A DNA stretch of 64,000 nucleotides from the human T2T-CHM13v2.0 reference genome, Homo sapiens. The position numbers were made by a program, and so were the translations under genes. Every line of letters begins with the position of its first letter. The first letter of the stretch is position 1. The stretch lies in assembly GCF_009914755.1 (NCBI RefSeq), contig NC_060933.1; one strand, written 5' to 3'. The notes under the pieces are model-generated. The model had not been told where the DNA came from. It did not search any database and saw only the letters and a list, made by a program, of their open reading frames with translations. Of this stretch, positions 1-14,690 are shown piece after piece.

Positions 1-870
1 CTTCTACAGTGTGATGTAGGGGTTGCATTTCATTGTTTTGTTTTTGCATGGGACAAATTTGCATCCAGTTGTTTCAGTACCAGTTGTTGAAAAAATTATC
101 ATTTCTTCATTGAATTGCCTTGGCAACTTTGTCAAAATTTAATTGATTCTACATGAGTGGATCTATTTCTGAACTCACTATTCCGTTCCATTGACCTACA
201 TGTTTTTTTTCAGTTAGACTAATGCCACAATGTCTTGATAACTGTTGATTTATAATAAATCTTGAAATGAGCAGTTAGTCTAAAAAACCTCATTCTCCTT
301 TTTCAAAATTGTGTTGGCCACAAGCAAACAAAATTGTTTTAGATCCTTTGCATTCCATGTAAATATTATAATTAGCTTCTCAATTTCTGCAAAAAAGAAG
401 AAACCTCCTGAGATTTTACTTGAGATTTCACCAAATCTCTAAATCAGTTTGGGGAGAATTGACATCATAGCAATATTGACTCATGAACATGGTATACCTC
501 TCCATTTATTTAGACCTTCTTTAATTTTCCTCAGGATTGTTTTGTAGTTTGTGCATCTTTTGTTTAATTTATTCCTAAGTATTTCATATTCTTTGATGTC
601 ACTGTAAATGTTACAATGTCATGTAAATGTTGCTAATTTCCAATATTTTATTGTGTTTTGAACATTTCCACCTTTCAGTGTACTTCTAGTATATAGAAAT
701 CCAACAAATTTTTAAAAATTGAACTTGTATCCTACAATCTTGCCAAATTCACTTGTTAGTTCTAGTGGCTTTTTGTACATTCCTTAGATTTTTCCATGTA
801 GATTATTATATCTGTGAATAAATCCAGTTTTATTTCTTCCTTTCCAATCATATGATTTTATTTTTCTCAC
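1..870 (-). mobile_element. Old L1M LINE fragment (ORF2 region)
   Basis: T-rich antisense L1 ORF2 phrases (cattgaattgccttggcaactttgtcaaaa; ttggggagaattgacatc; ttcttcctttccaat). Confidence 0.8.
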
Positions 871-878
871 AAGGACCT

Positions 879-1149
879 CTGTGGTTGGCAGAATAATGCC
901 CCAGTGATGTCTACATCTGAATCCCCAGATCCTGAGAACATGTTACATGACAGGGCAAAGGGGAATTAAGGTTTCAGATAGACTTGTAGTTGTTAATTAA
1001 CTGATTTTAAGAGATTATTCTGGAATATCCATGTGGGACCCAATGTAACCATGAAGATCCTTGTAAGTGGGAGGGGTTGGCAGAGAGGACATCAGCCTGA
1101 TGGATGTGAGAAGGACTCGATCTGCTGTTGCTGGCTTTGAAGGTGGAGG
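879..1149 (+). mobile_element. MaLR LTR fragment (MLT1D-like)
   Basis: tgtggttggcagaataatgcccc... ggggaattaagg... gctggctttgaag; truncated at the 3' side. Confidence 0.7.
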
Positions 1150-1349
1150 GTTAGTCCATTCTCATTCTGCTAATAAGGACATACCCAAGACTGGGTAATT
1201 TATAAAGGAAAGAGATTGAATTGACTCACAGTTCAGCATGGCTGGGGAAGCCTCAGGAAACTTATAATCATGGCGGAAGGGGAAGCAAACACACACAAAC
1301 CATGGGGAACTATGAATTACTATTGAGGAACAGCACATTCAACATGTCA
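1150..1349 (-). mobile_element. THE1/MST LTR fragment, internally deleted
   Basis: ttagtccattctca..ctgctaataaggacatacccaagactgggtaatttataaaggaaagag..gactcacagttcagcatggctgggg. Confidence 0.8.
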
Positions 1350-1357
1350 TAGCAATC

Positions 1358-1472
1358 AAATACAAAATTAGCCCGGCATGTTGGTGCATGCCTATAATCC
1401 TAGCTACTCGGGAAGCTGAGGCAGGAGAATCGCTTGAACCTGGGAGGCGGAGGTTGCAGTGAGCCAAGATCA
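1358..1472 (+). mobile_element. Alu right-arm fragment
   Basis: aaatacaaaattagcccggcatg...gaggcaggagaatcgcttgaacctgggaggcggaggttgcagtgagccaagatc. Confidence 0.9.
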
Positions 1473-1689
1473 CCCTGTTGTCTGCTGTGCCATGGACGCC
1501 TTGGCTCAGAATGCAAGTGCCTGGGAGGGGAGATGTTCTAAACTGCTGTTCTGCATTCACAATGAGCAATATTTTGGAAAGAAGGATATTCCTGGGTTAG
1601 GATGAACCCAGGCACTGCCTTCAAAACAAATTTTTAAATTTAAACGTTTCACTCTTCCACCTCATTCTGCCAGGGCTGTTGATGGCAGC

Positions 1690-1888
1690 TGTGTGTGTGC
1701 ATGTATGTGAGCAGATATGTGTGGATATGTGTGTGTGCATGGGCACATGTGGACATGTGTGCATGGACATATGTATGCGTGGATGTGTGTAGGTATAAAT
1801 GTGCATTGGCAGGTGTGTGTGTGTGACAGTGTGTGTATGTGTATGGGAGGACCTGGGCATAGAGGTGACTGTGTCTATGTGTGTGAGT
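1690..1888. repeat. Degenerate (TG)n/(TGCA)n simple repeat
   Basis: ~200 nt of interrupted TG dinucleotides. Confidence 0.9.
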
Positions 1889-4402
1889 TTGTCTTTGTAG
1901 GCGTTTCCAATCTCTTGGCCCCTGACCTGCTAGCAACTTCCCTCTTGTGTTCCGGTTCACCCTTATCCAGCTTCCACCTGATCAACTGCCATGTACAGAT
2001 CCTCTACTCCTTCACTAGTTGCCCCTCTTATGGGAAACCCCACCCAAAATCTATCCACGTGACTATCTGCCTCCTGTATGTGAACACGGGCAGAGACTGC
2101 TGTTGGGCTAAAGAAGAACCCACAACCACAATGACTGATGCAACGGGAACTTCCGGACCCCCAGCCTCTAGCAGTAGAGCCCAGCAGTGCTGGCCACGTC
2201 TGCTTCGGGTCACAGAGGTGACATTTCCTTTTCAGAGAGCAAGCATCAAAGCCCTCGTCTATGGTGCACTGGGCGACTCTGCATATCCATACCATCCGTT
2301 CCTCCTGGTGCAGCAGAAGACATGCTTCTGCCCCACTTGGAGGCAACGCCTTCCCCTGTGCCCTGGCTGCCAACAAGGCCTACCTCTTGGGCCTTCCCAA
2401 GCCATCCTGCTACCTCCTCTCTTGATGGTGTTTGAGTAGCCATCTGCTGGCTGCTTCCGCCCATCTTGGAGACAAGTTCATGCTCATTACTGTCCTCGAC
2501 CTCACACCAGAGTCCTGCCTCCCCTGAGTTTGCTGCTGCAGCCTTCTCTTTCACAACCAAACCTCTGGAATGAGCAGTCGTCACTCGCGCTCTCCACTTC
2601 CAAAATCAACTGAAGAAGAAGAAGGCTGCCCTCCACAAGGCAGGACCCACGGGAAGTGGAGCCTTGGCCAAGCACCTGACTGTCTCCTGGTCCAGCCTGG
2701 TCTTTTTAATCATCGAGGAAGAGACGCCTGGGATGGAGCTTCATTCCTTTTTTTGGTGGGAAGGTGACTTTCTGACTCCCTTGTGAGAGAGGAGGCTTCT
2801 ATGTTACTGGAGCCACCAGGAAAACACTTTCTTCCTTTGAATTTAGGTGGCAGGATTTCTGAGAATGAAGGTCGCTCTTTGATTCTGTGTTTACGTGCAT
2901 TGGATATTGGTGCATTGGGTGTTGGCTGGAAGCCTTCCCTGACTCTGCCTAAGCTCCCCCTAGTCATTTGTATTTTTCCTTCTTTGCACTTGTCATGACT
3001 GTTGTTCTACGGCTCCTTTTCTCCATGGCGCGTCTCACTTGGGGCTAGGTGTCTGACGGGCCCTACACAGTCAGCCCACCCACCAATGAAGGGCTGTCCA
3101 GGCTGCAGTGCTGGAGCTCCCTGCTGAGCTGCTGCACCAGGCCCCAAGGCCCCAGAGGATGCCCAATGTTTGCCAAATAAACATACAAATGTACTTATAA
3201 ATACAGCATCCCATTTCCTTAGAAACAAATTCCTAGGTTGAAGTAGATTATAGCAATTTTAGTAATTTGATCCATCTAGTCCTATAGCATAATCCAAAAA
3301 GTGGCCAGACTTTTGGATTTTGCCTTTTAAAAAATGTTTATATGCATTCATAGCTAAATAAAAAAGTTGTAAAACAAAATTGTGTGCTGTTTTGGAGTCA
3401 GAAACCATATTTTAATGATCTACTTCTGGAAAAGCTGGAAAATGGTTCATCTTCATCATTTCCCCTGCCTGCAAAAAAGAAACACCATTTCTTCTCAATT
3501 AATCAATCAGCAGCACTTGCTGATCACATCCTATGTACAAGGCATTGAATTAGACTCTCTGGAGGTACAAAGATGAAGGAGGCACTTCATTTGTGCTTTT
3601 GAAATATATGTGCTAGAAAAGGATGATTAAAAGTAAGCACTTGTCCAAAACTCTTGCTTTTTGCCAAGAGGGGGCAACAGATGACATTTACCCTTCCACT
3701 TGAAATAACTAAAAAACCAGACAACTATATATGAAATAATAGTTTTCATGATGTTGGACATGAGACAGGGAAGGACAGTGATCCCTGAGAGAGCCAAGAA
3801 ACAAATGAGAATAGTCCCGCAGTTTCCCAACGGGCTGCCTGAATAGAGTTTCCAGGCTCCGGCATAAAGGGAGGCTCGTGTTGGAACCTGGCACACTGCT
3901 GGGGCTGAGAAAGGGGAGCTGGGCATCTGGGAAGTCCAAGGCAGCTGGTCTTCCCAGGGCAGGGCACCACTGCAGAGAGAGCTGTGCAGAGATAGAAGCC
4001 CAGAGATCTTCGGAGGACCCCCTTTAGTATTTAGTAGAGTGTGGATCAATGAATGTGTACGTGGAAGCTACCCAGGGCTGGGGAGAAACCCACACAAAGG
4101 ATTAGAGGGAGCAGTACTGGGAACTCACACAGGGCTGGGAATAGTGCCTGCTCCCACCAGGCAGGCTGGAAAAAGACAGAATCTATGGGGCACCGGGGAT
4201 AGTACGCAGAAGGACCTTGCCCCAGTGGTGGGGGATTGTTAGCCCTAGACTTCAATCTGCTCTGGATTCAAATAACAAATCTTAAAACAAGACCTGAAAG
4301 CATTGAACTGTTGCTAAGAATCTTAATTGCCTCCTAGAGCAAAGTTAAAAAAGTATTTGTAGGAATACAGAAATAATCTAGTATCCAATGAGGTAAAATG
4401 GA

Positions 4403-4694
4403 TTTCTTTTTTTTCAAGATGGAGTCTTGCTTTGTCACCCAGGCTGGAGTGCAGTGGTGTGATCTTGGCTCACTGCAACCTCTGCCTCCCGGGTTCAAGC
4501 AATTCTCTGCCTCAGCCTCCTGAGTAGCTGGGATTACAGGTGCCAGCCACCACACCAGGCTAATTTTTGTATTTTTAGTAGAGATGGGGTTTCACCATTT
4601 TGGCCAGGCTGGTCTTGAACTCCTGACCTTGTGATCCACCTGCCTCAGCCTCCCAAAGTGCTCGAATTAGAGGCGTGAGCCATTGCGCCCAGCC
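4403..4694 (-). mobile_element. AluS
   Basis: Full-length antisense Alu dimer. Confidence 0.95.
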
Positions 4695-5697
4695 GGAAAT
4701 TATTGACATTGAATAGAAAATCACCAGGCCTGTGAAACTTAACCCCAAATGAAGAGAATAATCAATCAACTGAATCTGACCCAAAATTGATGCTGATGTT
4801 GGAATCAGCAGATAAGAGCATTAGGATGGTTATTATAATTGTATTTCTTATGTTCAAAAAGCTAGAGGAAGAAAGAAAAAAGACTAAAATTTGGGTAAGA
4901 AACTAAAAAGCATCACTGGACTATGGGACAACTATACATGATTGCCATGTATATGGACATGACTATAGTAGATGGACAGACTATCTAAAGAGATTATGAC
5001 TGAAAAATATCCAAATTTGATGAAGAGTATAAATCTACCACTCCATAAAGTTCAATAAAACCCAAACACAAGAAAAATGAGGAAAATGAATCAAGGCACA
5101 TCATAATCTAATCTTAAAAGCAACCAGAGAAGCAGCACAAAGGAACAGATGCAGAACAAGAGCAGATTTCTCACTGGGAAGGACACGAGAGAACATGGTG
5201 GAGCTGCCCCTTTAAAGCGCAGAGCAAAACCCAAACCTTCAACCTAGAATTCCATGCCCAGAGAAAACATCCTTCAAAACTGAAGGTGAAATACACACGT
5301 TATCAGACATACAAAAGCAAGACAGTTCTGACCAGCAGAATGACACTGCCAAAAATGTTAAAAGAAGTCTTTGAGGCAGAAGGAAAATGACCCCAGATGG
5401 GAAACTGGATCTAAGAACTGAAGAGCTAAGGTAACTTTATAGCAACTCTAAGACCTTTTTCCTATGATTTAAATTTCCTTAAAAGTAATTGTATAAACAA
5501 AAATGATAGGGCAGTGTAGGATTTATAATGTATGTATGAGTAAAATGTGTGACAAATATAGCATAAAGCCCTGGATGAGAGAAATGGAAGTATACTATCT
5601 TATGGCTCTTACAGAATACATGCAGTGGTATAATATCACTTGAAGAAAGACTAACAGTTTGAAGACAGATACTATAAACCCTATGGCAATCACTAAA

Positions 5698-5742
5698 ACA
5701 ATAACAACAACAACAACAACACGACAACACAACAACAACAAA
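5698..5742. repeat. (CAA)n microsatellite
   Basis: aacaataacaacaacaacaacaacacgacaacacaacaacaac. Confidence 0.85.
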
Positions 5743-5919
5743 GCTGAAAAAGAAGGGAATCCAACTAATTAATCCAGAAGAAGGCAGCAAAAAGTGAAAA
5801 TGGAAATAAAGAACTTGGGGCAAATAGAAAACAAATAGTACACAATAAATTTAAACCTAATCATAGCAATAACCCCATTAAATGTATGTGGTCTAAACAA
5901 GCCAATGAAAAGGCAGATT

Positions 5920-8242
<2,323 letters not shown>

Positions 8243-8429
8243 GAAAAGGCAGATTGTCAGATTGGATTAAAAAAAAACAAGACACATGTCTATTTTCTGC
8301 CTAAAAGAAACATACTTTAAATATATAAACATAAATGTTTTAAATGTAAAAGACAAGGAAAGATATACTGTGTTTACACTAATCAAAACAATGCTGGAGT
8401 GGCTCTGTTAACAAAAACATGGCTTTTAG

Positions 8430-9047
<618 letters not shown>

Positions 9048-9224
9048 AAACACATTCTTTTCAAGTTCATATGGAAAATTTACCAAGACAGACCATAGTT
9101 CTGACTATACAACAAGCGTCAATACATTTAAAGGGATTCAAACCATAAAATGTTCTTTAGCCACAATGGGATTAAATTAGAAAACAATAACAAGAGATCT
9201 CTGGGAAGTCTCTAAATATTTTGG

Positions 9225-9262
9225 GTGAGATGCAGCACATTCAGGGTGATATGGCTATAGAC
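9225..9262 (-). pseudogene. 3'-truncated 5S rRNA retropseudogene (first ~37 nt)
   Basis: Reverse complement GTCTATAGCCATATCACCCTGAATGTGCTGCATCTC versus 5S 5' end GTCTACGGCCATACCACCCTGAACGCGCCCGATCTC: 28/36 identical, 6 of 8 mismatches C>T/G>A. Imperfect flanking repeat TCTAAATATTTTGG / TCTAAATTTTGG. Confidence 0.8.
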
Positions 9263-9490
9263 AAAATTTCTAAATTTTGGAAATGAACACTTCTATATGC
9301 CTCATGGGCTGAAGAAGGAATCAAAAGGGAAATTAGGAATCGTTTTGGACTGAATGAAAAGAAATATCAAAATTTGGAGCATGCTGCTAAAACAGTGCTT
9401 ACAGAGAAATTGTATCACTGAACACATATATCAGAAAACAAAGGCTCTAAATTGATGATCTCAGCTTTCACATTAAAAAAAGAAAAAATA

Positions 9491-9780
9491 GGCCGGGCGC
9501 GGTGGCTCACGCCTGTAATCCCAGCACTTTGGGAGGCCAAGGCGGGTGGATCACAAGGTCAAGAGATCGAGACCATCCTGGCCAACATAGTGAAACCCCA
9601 TCTCTACTAAAAATACAAAAATTAGCCAGGCATGGTGGTGGGCACCTGTAGTCCTAGCTACTTGGGAGGGAGAATCGCTTGAACCCGGGAGGCAGAGACT
9701 GCAGTGAGCCTAGATCATGCCACTGCACTCCAGCCTGACGACAGAGCAAGACTGTCTCAAAAAAAAAAAAAAAAAAAAAG
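9491..9780 (+). mobile_element. AluSc-like
   Basis: ggccgggcgcggtggctcacgcc...ggtcaagagatcgagaccatcctggccaac; long A-tail. Confidence 0.95.
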
Positions 9781-9881
9781 AGAGAGAACAAAACGACCCC
9801 AAATATGCAGAAGAAAGGAAAGAGTAAAGATCATAGGATAAATAAATGAAATAGGGAGATGATCATAGGGACAATCAATCG

Positions 9882-10005
9882 ATTTATTTGAGATGGGGTC
9901 TTGCTCTGTTTCCCAGGCTGAATTTGAACTCCTGGGCTCAAGCCATCATCCTGCCTCAGCCTCCTCTATATCTGGGACTACAGGTACAAACCATCATGCC
10001 CAGCT
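9882..10005 (-). mobile_element. FLAM (Alu monomer)
   Basis: gagatggggtcttgctctgtt..gaactcctgggctcaagc..gggactacagg; single arm. Confidence 0.8.
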
Positions 10006-10699
10006 AGAAGCTGATTCTTTGAAGAGAGAAGTAAAATTGATAAACCTTTAGCCAGATTGACCATGAAAAAAACCTACCAATGATCACATCCAGAAGGACA
10101 GAGATGACATCACTACTGATTGTACAGATGTTAAAAGGGCACCAACAAAATATGATGAACAAATTTAGTCCATAAACTTCAAACTTAAAACAATGGACAA
10201 TTTCCTAAAGGACACAATGACTAAATCTTACTGAAGGGGAAATAGATAACTGAATCACTCCATATTGATGAAAAGTGTGGAATTTGGAGTTAAAAACCTT
10301 TCCAGAAAGAAAACTCCAGGCCCAGGTGGCCTCACTGGAAATTCCACCAAATACTTAAAATATTTTTAATTAAACAATATTTATTTTAAATCACAATTCT
10401 TATTTGGTTTATTTAATTATTAATTATTATTTTCATTGTCATTTTTAATTTTGAAGTTGCATCGCCCATTGTGACTACCAGGTACTTCTGTCTTCCTTCC
10501 ACAGTCTCTTCCCTTCCAGAACCCCAGGGGGGCTTCAGCTCTCCACTGCTGCATGACAGACATCCCCACGCCTACAACTGTGATTTGCTCAGGACCTCTG
10601 CCAACTCTGGGCTTGGCTGGGCAGCTCCCTCTTAGAATCCCTCCTGCGCAGCCATTACCATGGCCAAGTCATTTCCAGGCTTCTCTACGTTCATGTCTG

Positions 10700-10966
10700 G
10701 TGGTCGAAGCTGGCTTTCACCTGGGACTTGAGCTGAGCCATTGGCCAGAACATGTAGCCTGGGCTTCCTCAGAACATGGCGACTGGATCTTAGGCAAGAT
10801 CCTGAGAGAGCCAGGATGTCTCCTTTACGACCTGGCCTCAGAGAGCAGGTGGCATCACTCTCACTGCATTCTCAGATGCAAGTCATGCGTTTAAGGGGAG
10901 AGGAACTTGGCTCCCTCTTTCATTGGAAACCATGTCAAGAAATTCTGGATGTGTTTTAAAGTGACC
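10700..10966 (-). mobile_element. Old MLT1 LTR fragment
   Basis: gggcttcctcagaacatggcg..gacctggcctcaga..catcactctcactgcattct..aaggggagaggaac. Confidence 0.55.
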
Positions 10967-11233
10967 ATTAAGTCCTTTAGGGTCTCCCAAGGTTGCTGTA
11001 ACAAAGTATCTTAAACTGGGAATGAAGGGCAATGACCCAGGAGGGGCCCTGTATCTGGGCACCTGCACAGGCCCACCTGGACTGCTGGCCTCAGAACTGT
11101 GGTGAGAGAAACAAACCCTGTTGTCTTCAGGTCACTGTGATGTTAGCTCAGCTTGTTCCAGCAGAAAGTCCTTTCCTCTCACTGATGGAGGCACTGATGC
11201 ACCAGTTTTTGTCATTTCTTTGCTACATATTCA

Positions 11234-11815
<582 letters not shown>

Positions 11816-12844
11816 GAATGTTTCAGTGTTTTCAGTAGCACTCAAAAAGGAAACAGCATCACAAAAAGGCCTTTTCAACTCAGGGGGACCTTTGTTCCAG
11901 AACGGATTCAGGTGAACAATCACAAACCTTTTAGTGGTTCGAGGAAGAAGGATATGACATGACGTCACTTTTCAATAGTTAGTCCAGTAGTATGGATCCT
12001 GTGATGAGATGTACAGTTTTTGTATGCAGCCACAGCTAGGTGCTGTTCATGGGACAGTTGACAGAATGAGAGGTCCAGATGCCCCCCACCAAAGAGATGA
12101 GGCCAAACCCACCTGGTCCGGCCACAAACCATAGACTGATCAGGAGGTGGGGTCCCTGGCTAGCAGCTATTTCTGGCCCCTAAGGGGTAGGAAGACCTTA
12201 GTGGTGGGGTTGGGGGAAATTGAATTAAGGACAGGTAGATACTAGAGTCAGGTGTGTGTGTTTCATGCATGGTGAAAACTGTTTTGCTGCTTCTGGAGTG
12301 TTTTCATGTTTTTATAGATGACCTAGAATGTGCACTTTAAAATTGATCTCTTATCTTTTCTGTAGTTCCCAGAAATATAGGCTGTTATGTCTATATGCAT
12401 CCTAAATCCCGCTTGGGTGGGTAGTTGTACCATTGCCAGAGAGGCTTTGTCTGCTAACTTGGACTAGATCCTAAGATCCACCCAAGCTGAGCTGGTAGCT
12501 GAGTGGAAGGTGCTGGCCACAGAGGCCTCTACACAGGTTGGGGTGAGACCTCCCACTCCTTCTTTATTTCTTTTCTCTGCCTTGATGCAAACAGATGGGC
12601 ATGGCCAGTCCAAGTAAGTCTGTGGGCATCGGGGTAGAATTGGTGCTTCCAATCTGCTTCTGGAATTTTGAGTTAATGCTACTGTTTGAAATTGTATATG
12701 TGAATATTCAAAATCATGGGAGACTTTTTAAAAATATTGTACCCCTTGAGTTACAGGGAGACTTCATAAATGGGCCACGCAATTCCAGGGTGGGAAGACC
12801 CCTTGTCCCCAGTTGAAACCTTCTAGTATTTAAGAAACCATCAG

Positions 12845-13121
12845 GGCCGGGTGTGGTGGCTCAGGCCCGTAATCCCCAGCACTTTGGGAGGCCGACGGGG
12901 GCAGATCACAACGTGAGGAGTTCGAGACAGCCTGGCCAACATGGTGAAACCTTGTCTCTACTAAAAATACAAAAATTAGCCTGGAGTGGTGGCGGGTGCC
13001 TGTAGCCCCTGCTACTTGGGAGGCTGAGGCAGGAGAATCACTTGAACCCGGGAGGTGGAAGTTGCAGTACACCAGCCTGGGTGACAGAGCAAGACTCCGT
13101 CTCAAAAAAAAAAAAAAAAAA
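12845..13121 (+). mobile_element. AluS
   Basis: TSD AAGAAACCATCA at 12832-12843 and 13122-13133. Confidence 0.95.
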
Positions 13122-14545
13122 AAGAAACCATCAAGAAGGTGCCAAACAGGACTCTGTCTTTAACATCCATGAAGCCTGCAAAATGTAACCCCCTCTCCCC
13201 TCTCACTGCCCCTGTTAGCTGAGCCCAGGGGTGATTACAAGCCAGGGGGCAGGGGCTGCATTGGGCAGCAGCTGGCCTCGGCTTCAGCCTCAGATCGTTG
13301 CCTCGGCATGACCCGAGCAGCTGCCACAAAAGCGGCTTGCCAGGGTCATCGCATTATTTATGCTTAGTTTGGCCCAATTTCCAGCAATAAAAGTTCCATC
13401 AGAGCATGTGCCCGGACATGCAGGGGGTGACATCTGTGTCCCCTGTGGGCTGGGACAAAGCCGGCTCTACTCTGGGCTCTGACTACAGCACAAGCCTCTG
13501 CCACAGACCCATCCTGTCCTTTGGTCCGGCTGCAGTGTGGGCTAGCTGAGCCCATCTGCTCAGCTGACCTCAGTTATCCTGACACCAGAGGGAAGCCTCT
13601 GTCCCTAGGCAGCCCTCCCCCAGAGAGTGAAGGGCCCTACTGGTGGGGATGAACAGGGTGAGGGAAGGAAGTGGCACTGGGGACCTGGTATCCAGACACC
13701 TGGCTGCACAACCCCTTGTCGCCCACTCCAGCAAGGCTAGGGTTGCAACTAGTGGCTCTAGGAAAGCTCCTCTAATGTTCCGTTTTCTCTTTTTTTGTTG
13801 TTGTTTTTGGAGAACTCTCTCCTTCTCCAATCACAGTTATGAGGTCCTTTCTCTGGGAGCCATCCTGGGTGGCCTTGTTTCTTTGCCTCCATGGCACCCT
13901 ATAGGTCTCCCGTCTGGCCCTGTGTGTCTGTCCCCTATAGGGCCCTGGTCAGTTGTGCAGCAGGCCCAGCACATGGCAGCGTGGGTGCATGCTTGCTGGT
14001 TCACATTTGTTCCTTAAGCTCTTCTTCCTCCTTCGAGACCCTGCCTGTACACCTTCTCCCTACATCCTCCTCCAGGCTGCCCACTTGGAATTCACCTCTT
14101 CCTTCTCTGGGTCCCACACCCCCCGGTTGAGCTCTGCTCTCTGTTCTCATTCTGGGGGATGCCTATGCTAATGTCATCCTTCCACTGTCCCACGCTTGCC
14201 AAGAGACATGGAGACTGCTTCCAAGCCCGGCATGGCGGCCCCGATGCTCCATGTGCGTGACAGTGTTCAGAGTCAAGGATTGAGGACCCCACCCTGCTCT
14301 ATGACAGAAGGCAGACGATCACCAAATCATAAAAGTGTGGCAACAGGATGATAATAGGTATATGTGAGAGTCTTGGAAACTAGGAGAGGCAGTCTTCCTG
14401 CTGGAGTGTGGAAGGAGGGGGCGTCAGGCAGAGAAGCTTCACTGCTCAGGCAGCAGTGGCGTTGGGTCATGAAAGAATAGAATTGCACCCAGGGTGAAGT
14501 GGGGCAGGGTTCAGGTGTCATAGCTAGTGTCCTGTTACCCCACTG

Positions 14546-14690
14546 CAGTGGGCCTCCGACTAGAGCCTGCAGAGTTTGCTGTAATACAGATCGCTGGGTC
14601 CCAGGGTTCAGGTGGTCGAGTGGGGCTAAGAATGTGCATTTCTAGGGAGCTCCCAGGTGAGGGGACCATATTTTGAGAACAACTGCTCTA
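14546..14690. mobile_element. MER5A-like hAT MITE
   Basis: cagtgg...gaatgtgcatttcta..gctcccaggtga..ggaccatattttgagaacaactg. Confidence 0.65.

Larger units (their letters stand above)
3690..5919 (+). mobile_element. Old L1M (L1MD-like) 5' part: 5'UTR, decayed ORF1, start of ORF2
   Basis: L1 ORF1-like A-rich sequence at 4750-5400; endonuclease start (ataaccccattaaatgtatgtggtctaaac..aatgaaaaggcagatt, ITLNVNGLN-like) at ~5860-5919; continues at 8243. Confidence 0.75.

Noticed and set aside
1621-2439. 240-aa and His/Thr-rich ORFs
   Set aside because: Their low-complexity parts are translations of the TG simple repeat; no recognisable domain.
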